A stretch of 63,121 bases of DNA, filler included, from Asterionella formosa (taxonomy: Eukaryota): assembly GCA_002256025.1 (NCBI GenBank). It is 22 parts of 22 records of this genome, joined end to end, with 100 filler letters (N's around TTAATTAATTAA, not from the genome) between each part and the next. Parts side by side here need not be neighbours in the genome. Positions count along the whole stretch, not along the records: positions 34,165 to 52,981 come from NKIB01003930.1; 21 more parts are not named here. The stretch is one strand, 5' to 3'. The notes below the pieces were generated by a model. The model was not told where the DNA came from. It ran no database searches and worked only from the letters and a program-made list of their open reading frames with translations. Below are positions 38,165 through 49,594 of this stretch, one piece after another. The position numbers and the translations under genes were made by a program. Each line of letters opens with the position of its first letter. Within the stretch, counting starts at the first letter, position 1.

Positions 38165-38488
38165 TTTGACAAAAATGATGATGCAAAATCAATGCATTAG
38201 CATTGCTTGATATCTACATGCATGTAGCCAATGTATAAATATGTGTTAAATTGGTTTCGATTAACTTATATAGATGCTAAATATTTAATTTACAAAAACA
38301 GAGTATATGTTCACGTCTATGTAACTCATAAAAACGCATTTTTCCGAGTAAGCAGACCCTCACGTAGAAATTTGGTATGTTGGCTACACAATCCTTCATA
38401 TGCGAACAGTGAAGACACTGGTGGTGCCGGCGAATCGATGCAACTGTTACTAGACAGAGGGCGTACCTGGTACCTGGTACCTGGTACA

Positions 38489-40266
38489 CTGGAAGGTGCG
38501 GTAATTGCGCCATCTGCGCGCTTTTTTGGTTTGCAAGTACAACCGACCGTTGGAGTCGGCTGGCTTCTTATCCATGTTCGTCCTTTTAAGTATATTTAAA
38601 TTATAACCGTACTTAGTGNNNNNNNNNNNNNNNNNNNNNNNNNNNNNNNNNNNNNNNNNNNNNNNNNNNNNNNNNNNNNNNNNNNNNNNNNNNNNNNNNN
38701 NNNNNNNNNNNNNNNNNNNNNNNNNNNNNNNNNNNNNNNNNNNNNNNNNNNNNNNNNNNNNNNNNNNNNNNNNNNNNNNNNNNNNNNNNNNNNNNNNNNN
38801 NNNNNNNNNNNNNNNNNNNNNNNNNNNNNNNNNNNNNNNNNNNNNNNNNNNNNNNNNNNNNNNNNNNNNNNNNNNNNNNNNNNNNNNNNTAGAGCATTTA
38901 CTCATTGCTCACCAGAGCATTTACTCATTACTCGCTCATAGCATTTGCTCATTGCTCATAGGAATTGCTCGTCGCTAAATAAATTTGCTCAGTACCTCAA
39001 ATTTTTGCTCATAGCTAAAACAATTTGCTCATTGCCACGAACTATTCTATTTTCAAATAGTCACCGGTAAAGGCAGGAGCTGGCCCAGATTTTATCAATG
39101 TAGAATTATATCCGAAATGTTGTTTTCACTAACAAAATAAATATTATGTGGCTGGCTTCATCCTGAAACTATATCAGGTAGCCACCATAGCTACCAGTAC
39201 AATATAATTTTAGCATCAGTAAAATTTTGTGCATAAATAACATCCACATGAATAAACTTTATACACATTTAAATAACTTTACCATCCGATCTCGTTGTTG
39301 TCATGGTTGAGTTCATTCATGATGATGACCTTGAAATCGAGTCCCTTGCACAGCGATGGTTGTGAAATCGCTGAAGTAGCTATATTGTTACTGCTGTAGC
39401 ATCCTATTTGAGGAATTCCTGTACAGTTTCAACTCCAGGTATCCTACTGTAAAGCTCAAGAGGTTTTGGACGTGATTTGGATGGTCATGTAGGCGTAGAT
39501 TTGCCATGCTTAACGCTAAATAGGACGTATATGAACGAAATTGTGTGCTCCCGCACTGCTTGATGCGTTTACTGAAAGCGCTGATCATGGCGGTTATGTT
39601 GATAAATCAAGCGAAGCGGGAGGTTGTAAAATTGATGAGTTAACCAACAGAATAATAACGACATGGTCAATGTGATTTTAACAAGAGTCTTAAGGCGCAA
39701 AATATTACCGATAAATACAAACATAGGTTCAGGTTTTTGCTAATACTAGCAGCCCTACAGTACGGGGTCTACCTCGTGGCCCGTCATTCATGCAAATAAC
39801 GGTGATATAATTAAAATTGCTCAATGACCGGTATTGCATAGAATTTACTACCGGTATTTAATTGTTGCTCTAATTCCGACAAATGAAGACGAAATTTTTT
39901 CAGCCTAAATTAAAAATTACGAGGGTTTTATTTTTTGCCCATGACTTTTTGCTTTTGCTCTAACCTTATCCTTTTTGCTCTATCCCGAACATTTTTGCTC
40001 AATCAATAAAATTTTTAGCTCACTACGCGAATATTTTGCTCATCGCTTAGAGCATTTGCTCATCGCTAAAAAATTTGCTCACTGTAAGTTGGCTCGGTTT
40101 AGCAGTTATTGCCTTTTCGTAATTACGGTTATAATTTTAATTTACTTAAGAAACAACCATTGGTTAGAAAGTCAGCCGACTCCATCGGTCCGTTGTGGTT
40201 TCGAAGCCATGCAGGCGGGCTGAAACCAAAAGAGCGCGAAGAAGGCGCAATTACCGCACCTTCCTG
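38489..40266. mobile_element. Non-autonomous element with ~130-bp imperfect TIRs
   Basis: C(T/A)GGAAGGTGCGGTAATTGCGCC...GGAGTCGGCTG.CTTTCT...TTATAACCGTA at 38489-38612 is inverted at 40122-40266. Confidence 0.8.
38890..40084. mobile_element. Nested Tc1-like end(s) with TTGCTCA subterminal repeats
   Basis: Dense TT(G/A)CTCA arrays at 38890-39030 and 39950-40084. The terminus TTTGCTCACTG-TA equals TA-CAGTGAGCAAA on the minus strand. Confidence 0.55.
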
Positions 40267-40710
40267 CAGAGGAAATGTGTACATAACGGCATACAATTTC
40301 ACAATATGCATCCAAACTACCAGTATGCCAAAAAAGAAATCGACTATGCTTTCGGGCAAGGCGGCTCAGTCTATTAGAAGCACAAAAAAGCCAGGATGAT
40401 TTAACATTGCCTATTTTTTGAACATCTCAACAAATAAGAAAATGTTGAAAGCAAACAATAATGGACAACTGCCAGATGACACAATTTCTCGTGCTATGCA
40501 TGATGTACAAGAACTTTTCCCATGGGTGACTACATAAAAGTGAAATTATTTCTAAGGACAAAGAGGTTATTTGGTGGCACCAGTGCCACAACAGAGAAAC
40601 AGCCTGAGGTTTTCCATGAAGAATCACAAAGCGAAATATCTATGCTGACAATGGAAGGTATATAAAATTACAGCTATAGCAGAAACAATCATCATTCTTC
40701 CATTACTACT

Positions 40711-41400
40711 TTGATTATGTCTACAAGTTCTAGTATGTCTCCTGCCAGCACTACTACTGCATCAACTGAAAGCAGCACCACCATTTCTGCCACTACGACT
40801 CTGCCCTATGGTGGTCATCTAAAGGGAACAACTGCAGTAGCCAACTCCATTATAGGAGAAAAGGTTAAAGAATGTATTTCCAATTCGGCAGCAGAATATG
40901 TGAGGGTGATAGAAGAGGTAAAAGGAAAAGGAGGAGGAGAATCACGAGTGAAGATAAATACACTTAACTTTATAATATTGAGAGAAAAGGAGGCGCATGG
41001 TTATTCGTCCTGCTGTCAATATTAACTTTGAAACTGTTAGAACAAGTGCAAAATGAAAAAGCAATAATGGAACAAACAGAGCTCGCATCTCACCTATGCT
41101 TAAAATGGAGCCTTACATCGTGGAGCTCATTGACCAGTTGGTTAAAAGGCGTTTGTCCATGCATCACATGCCGAGAGGGACTGCAACCTGCAAAATCACG
41201 ACTTCTAAATGGAAAGTTGATAATGGAAAACATTCAAATCTTGCGATTTAAGCATTGTATTTCATTCAGGTATGAGCAGCAGTTAGCAAGGGAGTTGGGA
41301 AACGGGCCGCTTTCAACAACCTGACAGAACTTGTTGGAAAGATATTTGGAGACTTATTGCCATGGAGAAAATGATTATCCATATCCAATTTTACCTCTTG
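40711..41400 (+). pseudogene. Decayed DNA-transposon ORF remnant
   Basis: GG(H)LKGTT (GGRPKG-like) and SPM..MEP.IVELI.QL-like motifs across frames, with many lesions. Confidence 0.35.
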
Positions 41401-42899
41401 ATGTTGTGCTTGTGGGAGGACAGGTTTAGGGATGAGGACAATGGTGTGGTGGTGTTGATGGGCGCAAGCATTTGATGTGGCTGAATGTATTTGTGTGTGA
41501 TTGTGATATATATATTTATATTACGGTACTCATGATATTAAATCTGGATTCGGAAATTCCTAAAAAAATTGGCGAAAACCAAATGGAGTGATCCGTGATC
41601 GTAATGGTATATACAATTATAGGTAAAAATTTAAGTACTACTNNNNNNNNNNNNNNNNNNNNNNNNNNNNNNNNNNNNNNNNNNNNNNNNNNNNNNNNNN
41701 NNNNNNNNNNNNNNNNNNNNNNNNNNNNNNNNNNNNNNNNNNNNNNNNNNNNNNNNNNNNNNNNNNNNNNNNNNNNNNNNNNNNNNNNNNNNNNNNNNNN
41801 NNNNNNNNNNNNNNNNNNNNNNNNNNNNNNNNNNNNNNNNNNNNNNNNNNNNNNNNNNNNNNNNNNNNNNNNNNNNNNNNNNNNNNNNNNNNNNNNNNNN
41901 NNNNNNNNNNNNNNNNNNNNNNNNNNNNNNNNNNNNNNNNNNNNNNNNNNNNNNNNNNNNNNNNNNNNNNNNNNNNNNNNNNNNNNNNNNNNNNNNNNNN
42001 NNNNNNNNNNNNNNNNNNNNNNNNNNNNNNNNNNNNNNNNNNNNNNNNNNNNNNNNNNNNNNNNNNNNNNNNNNNNNNNNNNNNNNNNNNNNNNNNNNNN
42101 NNNNNNNNNNNNNNNNNNNNNNNNNNNNNNNNNNNNNNNNNNNNNNNNNNNNNNNNNNNNNNNNNNNNNNNNNNNNNNNNNNNNNNNNNNNNNNNNNNNN
42201 NNNNNNNNNNNNNNNNNNNNNNNNNNNNNNNNNNNNNNNNNNNNNNNNNNNNNNNNNNNNNNNNNNNNNNNNNNNNNNNNNNNNNNNNNNNNNNNNNNNN
42301 NNNNNNNNNNNNNNNNNNNNNNNNNNNNNNNNNNNNNNNNNNNNNNNNNNNNNNNNNNNNNNNNNNNNNNNNNNNNNNNNNNNNNNNNNNNNNNNNNNNN
42401 NNNNNNNNNNNNNNNNNNNNNNNNNNNNNNNNNNNNNNNNNNNNNNNNNNNNNNNNNNNNNNNNNNNNNNNNNNNNNNNNNNNNNNNNNNNNNNNNNNNN
42501 NNNNNNNNNNNNNNNNNNTGTTTCCAATCTACATGATAGAAATTCTTTTCTTGGCAGGCAAGAGTGGAATGTGCTAACTGTTGATTCATCTATGACATGT
42601 AAAGGCTACTATTTCATTTGTGATGGAAGGTACCTCAATTACCAGTGTTGATTTGTCCCATTAAATATGGCAATGGACATGGAAAAGAATGGCATGGGGT
42701 GGTATTATGATGGAGTCTGTTCGAAAAGATATTTAATGTACTTTTGGTATATTGAAAGTTGATGGTTATGTCTTAACAACTGGAACAACCTGACTGGACC
42801 CGAGCAAATCGAAATTGTGTTCATATCATGCTGTATTCTCCATAATACTCTATGCATTAAACAGCGATGGTTACCTTGACTTTGAATGTTCTGAAACAC

Positions 42900-44620
42900 A
42901 GCATGTTGCACATACTGTGCGAGGTGACTGCATGTAATTGCATGTTACTAATCCAAATTCAAACTTTAACGAAACAGTTGCTGGTACACAAATTCAATGG
43001 TGGAATCGAATTCAACTACTTGTTGATTTTTATGACGAATATAGTAAAAGTAAAAGAAGTAATTTAGCGAGATAGCTCAATATGTATCAAGTAGCTATGT
43101 AGTAAACTATATTCATGGGTACTTGCATTACCTAATTTGTTCCTGAACATTGGAGTTCTGCATAGTAGCAAATCATGCACCAAAACACCAAATGTTCTGG
43201 AGATTTCGAAAACCATCACAGCAAATGGAGCAGACAAATTTGTTGCAATCAATGCAAAGGTTTTCACTGTTCATGATTTGGCAGTCAATGGAAATCCCTC
43301 CAAGTCCTGGACCTGGACCTTTTCTTGCTTATCATTATGAAAAATGAGGGAATTTGTGTTCTATTTGTTGGAGTGAGCTCATTTCCAAAGACACTTGTTG
43401 CACTCATAACACGCACTTTTGTCAGTCCAAACACTGGAAATCTCAACATTATGAGTTTGTAGAGAAGGTAGATTATCAAAACAATTAAAAACAGCTGCAT
43501 GATATCTGTGTTCAGAGAGTATGTACTTGAATCTCTCGTTTATATCAAGATGAGCAACAATCGCATCAGTTTTTCCCTTTCGAGTTTGTGCTGCTTGAAA
43601 ATTGAGCATCGACATATCCATCATGGTTGGGCTTTTCTTTTTGCTTAGTGATGAATATTCATAATCATGACCATGCTTTTGTTTGTGCTTTGTATATTTT
43701 CTGCTGCCCCTTCTGTTTCTTTGATTCTCGATCTACCAGCTACATCTCTTGTTGAAATATGTTTACTACATCACTGTCTTTCACATCTGGAACCAATTGT
43801 ATATCCTTCCGAAAAATCTTTTAAAGTCAGCAAATAGCATAAAGTTGGGTCTCTGTACTCCCATTGAATCATGGTTGGGCTTGAAAAAACCTTGAATTCG
43901 AGTTGGCTGGTTGATTGAACAGGTAACTATAATCCATCAATTATGATTTGACACATGGGATTTGTCTTAAGGAAACTTTGCTTGTAAATATTGCAGACGA
44001 ATTTAAAGTTTGCATCCTTAAAACCTTGTCCAATTGGAAGCTTTTGCAAATCCTGGGTATGTTTGAACTACTAGAAATGATACTGTTGCAAAGCTTGTTC
44101 CTAATCTCCTACCACTTCTCCAAAAGGAATACCAAGTCATTGTCGATTTATCCTTGGAACTTCATGCATATCGCAGTTGAGTTTCGGTATTGCATATATC
44201 ATGATCCTCAAGGTCTTCATCCATAATTCGAAAAGACGCTTCAGCCATATCTCGAAATTTCTTCTCTTTTTTCTTAGATTCAAACCTGTGTTGAATTTTA
44301 CAACCAGGAGCAAATACAATAGCAATCTGAAAACTTCGAAGCATATGCGCTTGAACGGGACTGCCTCTGCAATATCGAATGCGGTCGGAAAAGGAATGCT
44401 CCTCCTCATTTGAATATTCAGTTGGTCCTTGAGTCGCCATAGTGACGGTAGGAGAGGAATTTTTTTCCAGAATTCACATGCAACCCTATGTTGCTTCAAA
44501 CGTTGAAGATGAAAAGGACAATGGAAAATCATTGTAAAATAATCCAAATCAGCCTTGTGTTTTCTTAGCTCAATTAATATAATTTCATGATCCCAATCAA
44601 GCAATGAAAAATGAGGGGTC
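42900..44620 (-). pseudogene. Decayed ORF with a C-terminal Cys-rich finger, probable TE remnant
   Basis: Colinear broken minus-strand ORFs, with CIDCNKFVCSICC near 43255-43215. Confidence 0.3.
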
Positions 44621-46625
44621 GATCACTGTCATTTCGATTTTCAACTTCTTCATCCCATGGCTGTGCAGCTGAAATAATGCGATCCATATTATAAACCTGT
44701 ATATAAGACGCAATAATGTACCAGACCTAGCTACGACCAGGTACCGGTACCAGTAGTCGTCCTCATTAGTGCCTGGGGTGGAGAATCCTTCATCATATGG
44801 TCTCAGCTTGTTTGACTAGTACGAACAAAATAGCGAAGAACATCTCCTTGTAATAACACATATATTGACATAAAATTTAAAGTCGCTGATGGCACATTTT
44901 TCACGTATTTTAGAGATTCACATTTTAAAAACTACAATATCAACAGCAGATTTGATACTTTCACAGTAGCTTAACAACAAATAATACAACAACTTAAACA
45001 ATAACATNNNNNNNNNNNNNNNNNNNNNNNNNNNNNNNNNNNNNNNNNNNNNNNNNNNNNNNNNNNNNNNNNNNNNNNNNNNNNNNNNNNNNNNNNNNNN
45101 NNNNNNNNNNNNNNNNNNNNNNNNNNNNNNNNNNNNNNNNNNNNNNNNNNNNNNNNNNNNNNNNNNNNNNNNNNNNNNNNNNNNNNNNNNNNNNNNNNNN
45201 NNNNNNNNNNNNNNNNNNNNNNNNNNNNNNNNNNNNNNNNNNNNNNNNNNNNNNNNNNNNNNNNNNNNNNNNNNNNNNNNNNNNNNNNNNNNNNNNNNNN
45301 NNNNNNNNNNNNNNNNNNNNNNNNNNNNNNNNNNNNNNNNNNNNNNNNNNNNNNNNNNNNNNNNNNNNNNNNNNNNNNNNNNNNNNNNNNNNNNNNNNNN
45401 NNNNNNNNNNNNNNNNNNNNNNNNNNNNNNNNNNNNNNNNNNNNNNNNNNNNNNNNNNNNNNNNNNNNNNNNNNNNNNNNNNNNNNNNNNNNNNNNNNNN
45501 NNNNNNNNNNNNNNNNNNNNNNNNNNNNNNNNNNNNNNNNNNNNNNNNNNNNNNNNNNNNNNNNNNNNNNNNNNNNNNNNNNNNNNNNNNNNNNNNNNNN
45601 NNNNNNNNNNNNNNNNNNNNNNNNNNNNNNNNNNNNNNNNNNNNNNNNNNNNNNNNNNNNNNNNNNNNNNNNNNNNNNNNNNNNNNNNNNNNNNNNNNNN
45701 NNNNNNNNNNNNNNNNNNNNNNNNNNNNNNNNNNNNNNNNNNNNNNNNNNNNNNNNNNNNNNNNNNNNNNNNNNNNNNNNNNNNNNNNNNNNNNNNNNNN
45801 NNNNNNNNNNNNNNNNNNNNNNNNNNNNNNNNNNNNNNNNNNNNNNAATCAAGTATATTCATCAATTTAAAAATTATCATTCAAACTATTTCCAAAATCT
45901 GCATTGCACAAAAAAGTGTCTGGTCACAAGTGCCTTGTTATGTGCCTGAAGCTATCAAAGTGGCCTTAATTTTTCTGCTTCTCTAGATGGGAAAATTTGC
46001 GAGCCAAATGTAGTCTATGATAACTGTTGCAACTATTGAATTGGACATGTTTTCCCTCCAACCACAGTCAAACTTGTAGTAATGATGATAATGATGACAA
46101 TCGGCTCAAGTGGTGGTGGATGATCTATCCTTGTTCACTTGTTCGAAAAGGTGATGTTGAGGGGGTCATTGTCATTTTCTTTTTCCGGCCATTTGCCCAC
46201 ATTTTGACATTTCCCTGTTCGGAAGAATAAAATTAGCATAAAACCTAGTATGTCACTAAGTGGTGATCATACATACGATTTCAAAGAGTGAATTGATGAC
46301 GTTTTCTATGTACTTAAGCGCCTGTCCTGCGTCAAGTTCTAATTTTCAGGAATTTGACCGCAACTTGCAGACGTAATGCAATATCTATATGATGTATATC
46401 ATAACCGGTATTCCACAAGAAGATACTGCTAATAGCCATTTAAACTACGGGCACGGGAATTACATTCCACAGAAACCTTTTTTTGTTTCATGACTATCAT
46501 GGCAAGAGAGGAGCTCGTCATGCATTATGGCTGTCATCGCTCATGTTGGAACACAACTGAACTTCTGGTAATGTCTTTATTAATTCCTCTCAAGAAGTTG
46601 CTTTCCCCTTTGTTAACCTATCACC

Positions 46626-47498
46626 ATGCCATTGATGGACAAGCGCATCGCATCAGATGACCAATCTCTAGAAGCTACTGTCATCCCCCAGCAGAATGTA
46701 ACGTTGTTGTCCGTTGACGATCAGGGTCATCGTCGTGGGAACTTTCACAATTACTATGCGTTTCATCCTTCGTCGAACCGCTTGGACAAGATGCACTCAT
46801 TGCTGGAGTATATCGGATCCTCGTCGAGTCGAAAGCGCCCGTGTCCAAACAATAGAAGCAGCTCGACTTCACGGTCTGCTCCGGCATTTCAGTATTGCGA
46901 TTTGGGATGCAACGAGGGGGATTTGACAATTGCAATTGCCAATGCATTACACGCCAATCTACAACAGCAAATACATTTTCAGGGAATTGATATTGATTCC
47001 AAATTAATTGAGCGAGCAAATCTTAAATGGAATGATACTTCCGAAATTTCTGGTCACTTTTACGTGGGAAATGTATGTCTTGATTTGGATTCCTTGATTC
47101 CAGATCAATCAGTAGATCTTATTTCTCTCCTGAGTACTACAATGTGGATTCATGTTCATGTGGGAGATGATGGTCTTGAAAAAGTACTGCAGCTGCTTTG
47201 CCAGAAGACTCGAAGGTACATAGTTGTGGAACCCCAACCCTCGAAATGTTACCGAAATGCTGTTGTTAGATTACGAAAACTAGGCAGGCCCGAATTGGAC
47301 GTTTCGACAGAACGATTGAAATGGAGACCTGCTATTGAGGAACACATTCAAAGGGCAATAGAAGCATGTGGCTTTCATCGAGTGACTGTGAAAGAAACAA
47401 ACACTCGAACCGCCTGGAATCGAGACATTCAGCTCTATATCAAAGGCACCCCAGATGGACGAGGCGATAGTGGAGTAACGAGTAATGAATCGCGGTAG
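46626..47498 (+). CDS. Bin3-type SAM-dependent RNA methyltransferase (BCDIN3D/MePCE family)
   Basis: GNFHNYYAFHP, DLGCNEGDLT (SAM motif I), GIDID, LSTTMWIHVHVGDDGL and VEPQP.KCYRNA. Confidence 0.9.
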   Translation: MPLMDKRIASDDQSLEATVIPQQNVTLLSVDDQGHRRGNFHNYYAFHPSSNRLDKMHSLLEYIGSSSSRKRPCPNNRSSSTSRSAPAFQYCDLGCNEGDLTIAIANALHANLQQQIHFQGIDIDSKLIERANLKWNDTSEISGHFYVGNVCLDLDSLIPDQSVDLISLLSTTMWIHVHVGDDGLEKVLQLLCQKTRRYIVVEPQPSKCYRNAVVRLRKLGRPELDVSTERLKWRPAIEEHIQRAIEACGFHRVTVKETNTRTAWNRDIQLYIKGTPDGRGDSGVTSNESR

Positions 47499-47892
47499 GA
47501 TTCCTTTTCTATCAAAACCAGGACCTCCTTTGGTGCTCATAACGTAAACCTCTTGGCACAGGTAGTGATCATTCAGGTCCATTGTACTTCGTATTTAAAT
47601 CTACTCTAGTGCGGTTGAGCGCTTATATTGTGACATATGTTTTCAGTAAATGTACGTAGCTACACTTCTGGTTTAGACTCCCTAGTACTCCTTATTATAG
47701 ATTGCGCCGGCAGTCTTGGAACATGTTTGGCCTTCCTTACGACAAGAAAACAAAGTATTCCATTCCGATTAGCTTGACAAAGAATTGAATCATTGAGCTA
47801 TGATAGGAAACCATACACGCTCAATTTTAAAAATCAGGCATTATTTGAAAATGGACTTGATTCCGCTTACTACAAAATAGAATCCGGAACAA

Positions 47893-49594
47893 CTACTCCT
47901 TAGGGGCGAGTTCCATCTTGAGGTCATTCTTGGCAACCAATGACAAGGGACAAAAGGAAAATCCATTCCTTGTGAAATCTGTCACAATTGTTTTTGCGAC
48001 TGGTAGTACTAGAGGATTCTTTCTTGTTCCTGTCAAGTAAAGGATTGATCCTCCCATGGTGGTATCAAGTTCAGTCAAAAGTTCCTTGGCTTGGGTTGCC
48101 GACAACAATGTTCCAGTCACGGCCAATTTATGTGACCATAATCCCACCTTTAAATTCAAATTTGCCGCATTGTGCACGTCATGAGGATTCCATGACTGCT
48201 TTCCAGGACACCACCATTCCGGTGTATGCGAAAGTATGGTTTCATACAACTGATACGTTTCCAGCAAATCTGCCACTCCATCGAGAGTAATTTCAAATGA
48301 ATGACCCATCTTGGCTACTTTTTGTATGAGGAGTGAGTTGCTTTTCAGTTGTTCTCGAGTGACCAAGAACACAATACTATGATTTTTCATGTTGACAAGG
48401 GCTTCTTCGGTTATTTCGTCACTCCAGTCCATACAAAGCGCAACCTTCCGTGTGGATGCTTGACCACAAGTATAAACTTTTCCAAAAAAGTGAGCACCTA
48501 AAGGACACAACATCGCAATCAATGGCACTCCCACACAAATGGTTAGTCCCATTAGTATGACTGCACAGGTAGTAGCAAACAAGGGATTGGCAAAGCGCAA
48601 GTGCGTGGGCAGTACTGTCGTACCCAAGAAAATCCTGACGGTTGTTCCATATTTGTCATTTGCACGATATCCCAATAGAATTGCTGGCAGCACCAAATAC
48701 AGCACCATACTACTAGTATCCAAAGAAATCATCCAAAATTGTCCGGATCCAACACTCCACCAAACGTCCGCCACGCACGCAAGTGTCGCACAACTCAGTA
48801 CAGTCACGACGGCACCCATGAGTAGCGGTAGGAATAGGTCAAGATGACCCTGATGATGCAGCGACAAGAATGCCATGAGTCCCAAGGCCCCGGCTGCACT
48901 TATGGAATGCCTGGTTTGTTCCATGAAAATCAGATTTCCATGTCTTCGAGTTCGATGAGAATACCATAGTCCTAACAGTCCCAAAGTGAAGATGGCTAAC
49001 CAAGCAGGAAGGACTGGAGATCCAGATTGGACGCAACTGGCCAAAGCATAGGAGAAAGTCAATAATCCACCAATCGTAGATACCAATATGAATTGAAACA
49101 TCATGTCACAAAATGCTTGCAGTATAGTAGGAACAAAGGCTACGAGAGCGACACAGGCGGTAAGGGCCAATGCATGGTACATCATGTCCACGTTTAGTTT
49201 GGTTTGATTGGTGTAAATAGTAAGGAGGGTCTGCATGATGGAAAGCACGGCGTGAGGATTGATTGCATTTAGTATCTGAGAAAGATTCTCTCGAGTCTGC
49301 ATCAGGGCACAGTTTGGTTCCCTGGTCCTTTCGAAAACAAACCGCGACGCGATTCCTCACCATAGAATGGACCAAAAAGAACGGGATAATGTGCCATTCA
49401 TTGAACACAAGCGGAACCAAGACACACAGGCAACCAATCAAGGCCGATCCAATCTTTCTGATGATATCTTCACCATTGCCCCATGTCGCCAAGGTGGCCA
49501 AGAACGTCACCACCAAAGTCAACAGTACCAAGATGGTCCACCGGGCCTTCCGCGACAAAGGGCCTTGGGGGGTGCCTCGTTCATACGAAGACAT
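47893..49594 (-). CDS. Multi-pass membrane protein with a C-terminal degenerate NodB/CE4 polysaccharide-deacetylase-like domain: exons 49594-49361 and 49275-47893 (~538 aa)
   Basis: An 85-bp GTGAGG...TCTCAG intron joins the two ORFs in phase 0. About 10-11 hydrophobic helices, then KVAL.MD, FLVT, K.GH, PEWW.PG, VGLWS, GGSILYL and GFSFCPLS.V. Confidence 0.78.

Larger units (their letters stand above)
35862..38463 (+). mobile_element. Full-length DD39D (plant/Stowaway-type) mariner element with cargo ORF
   Basis: TIRs CTCCCTCTGTCTA(CAGTA)GTAACAGTTGCATCGAT and ATCGATGCAACTGTTACTAGACAGAGGGCG, with TA at 35860-35861 and 38464-38465. Confidence 0.92.

Noticed and set aside
38450..45880. Long ORFs at 38450-38978, 41516-42589 and 44918-45880
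   Set aside because: They are made mostly of N gaps translated as X.
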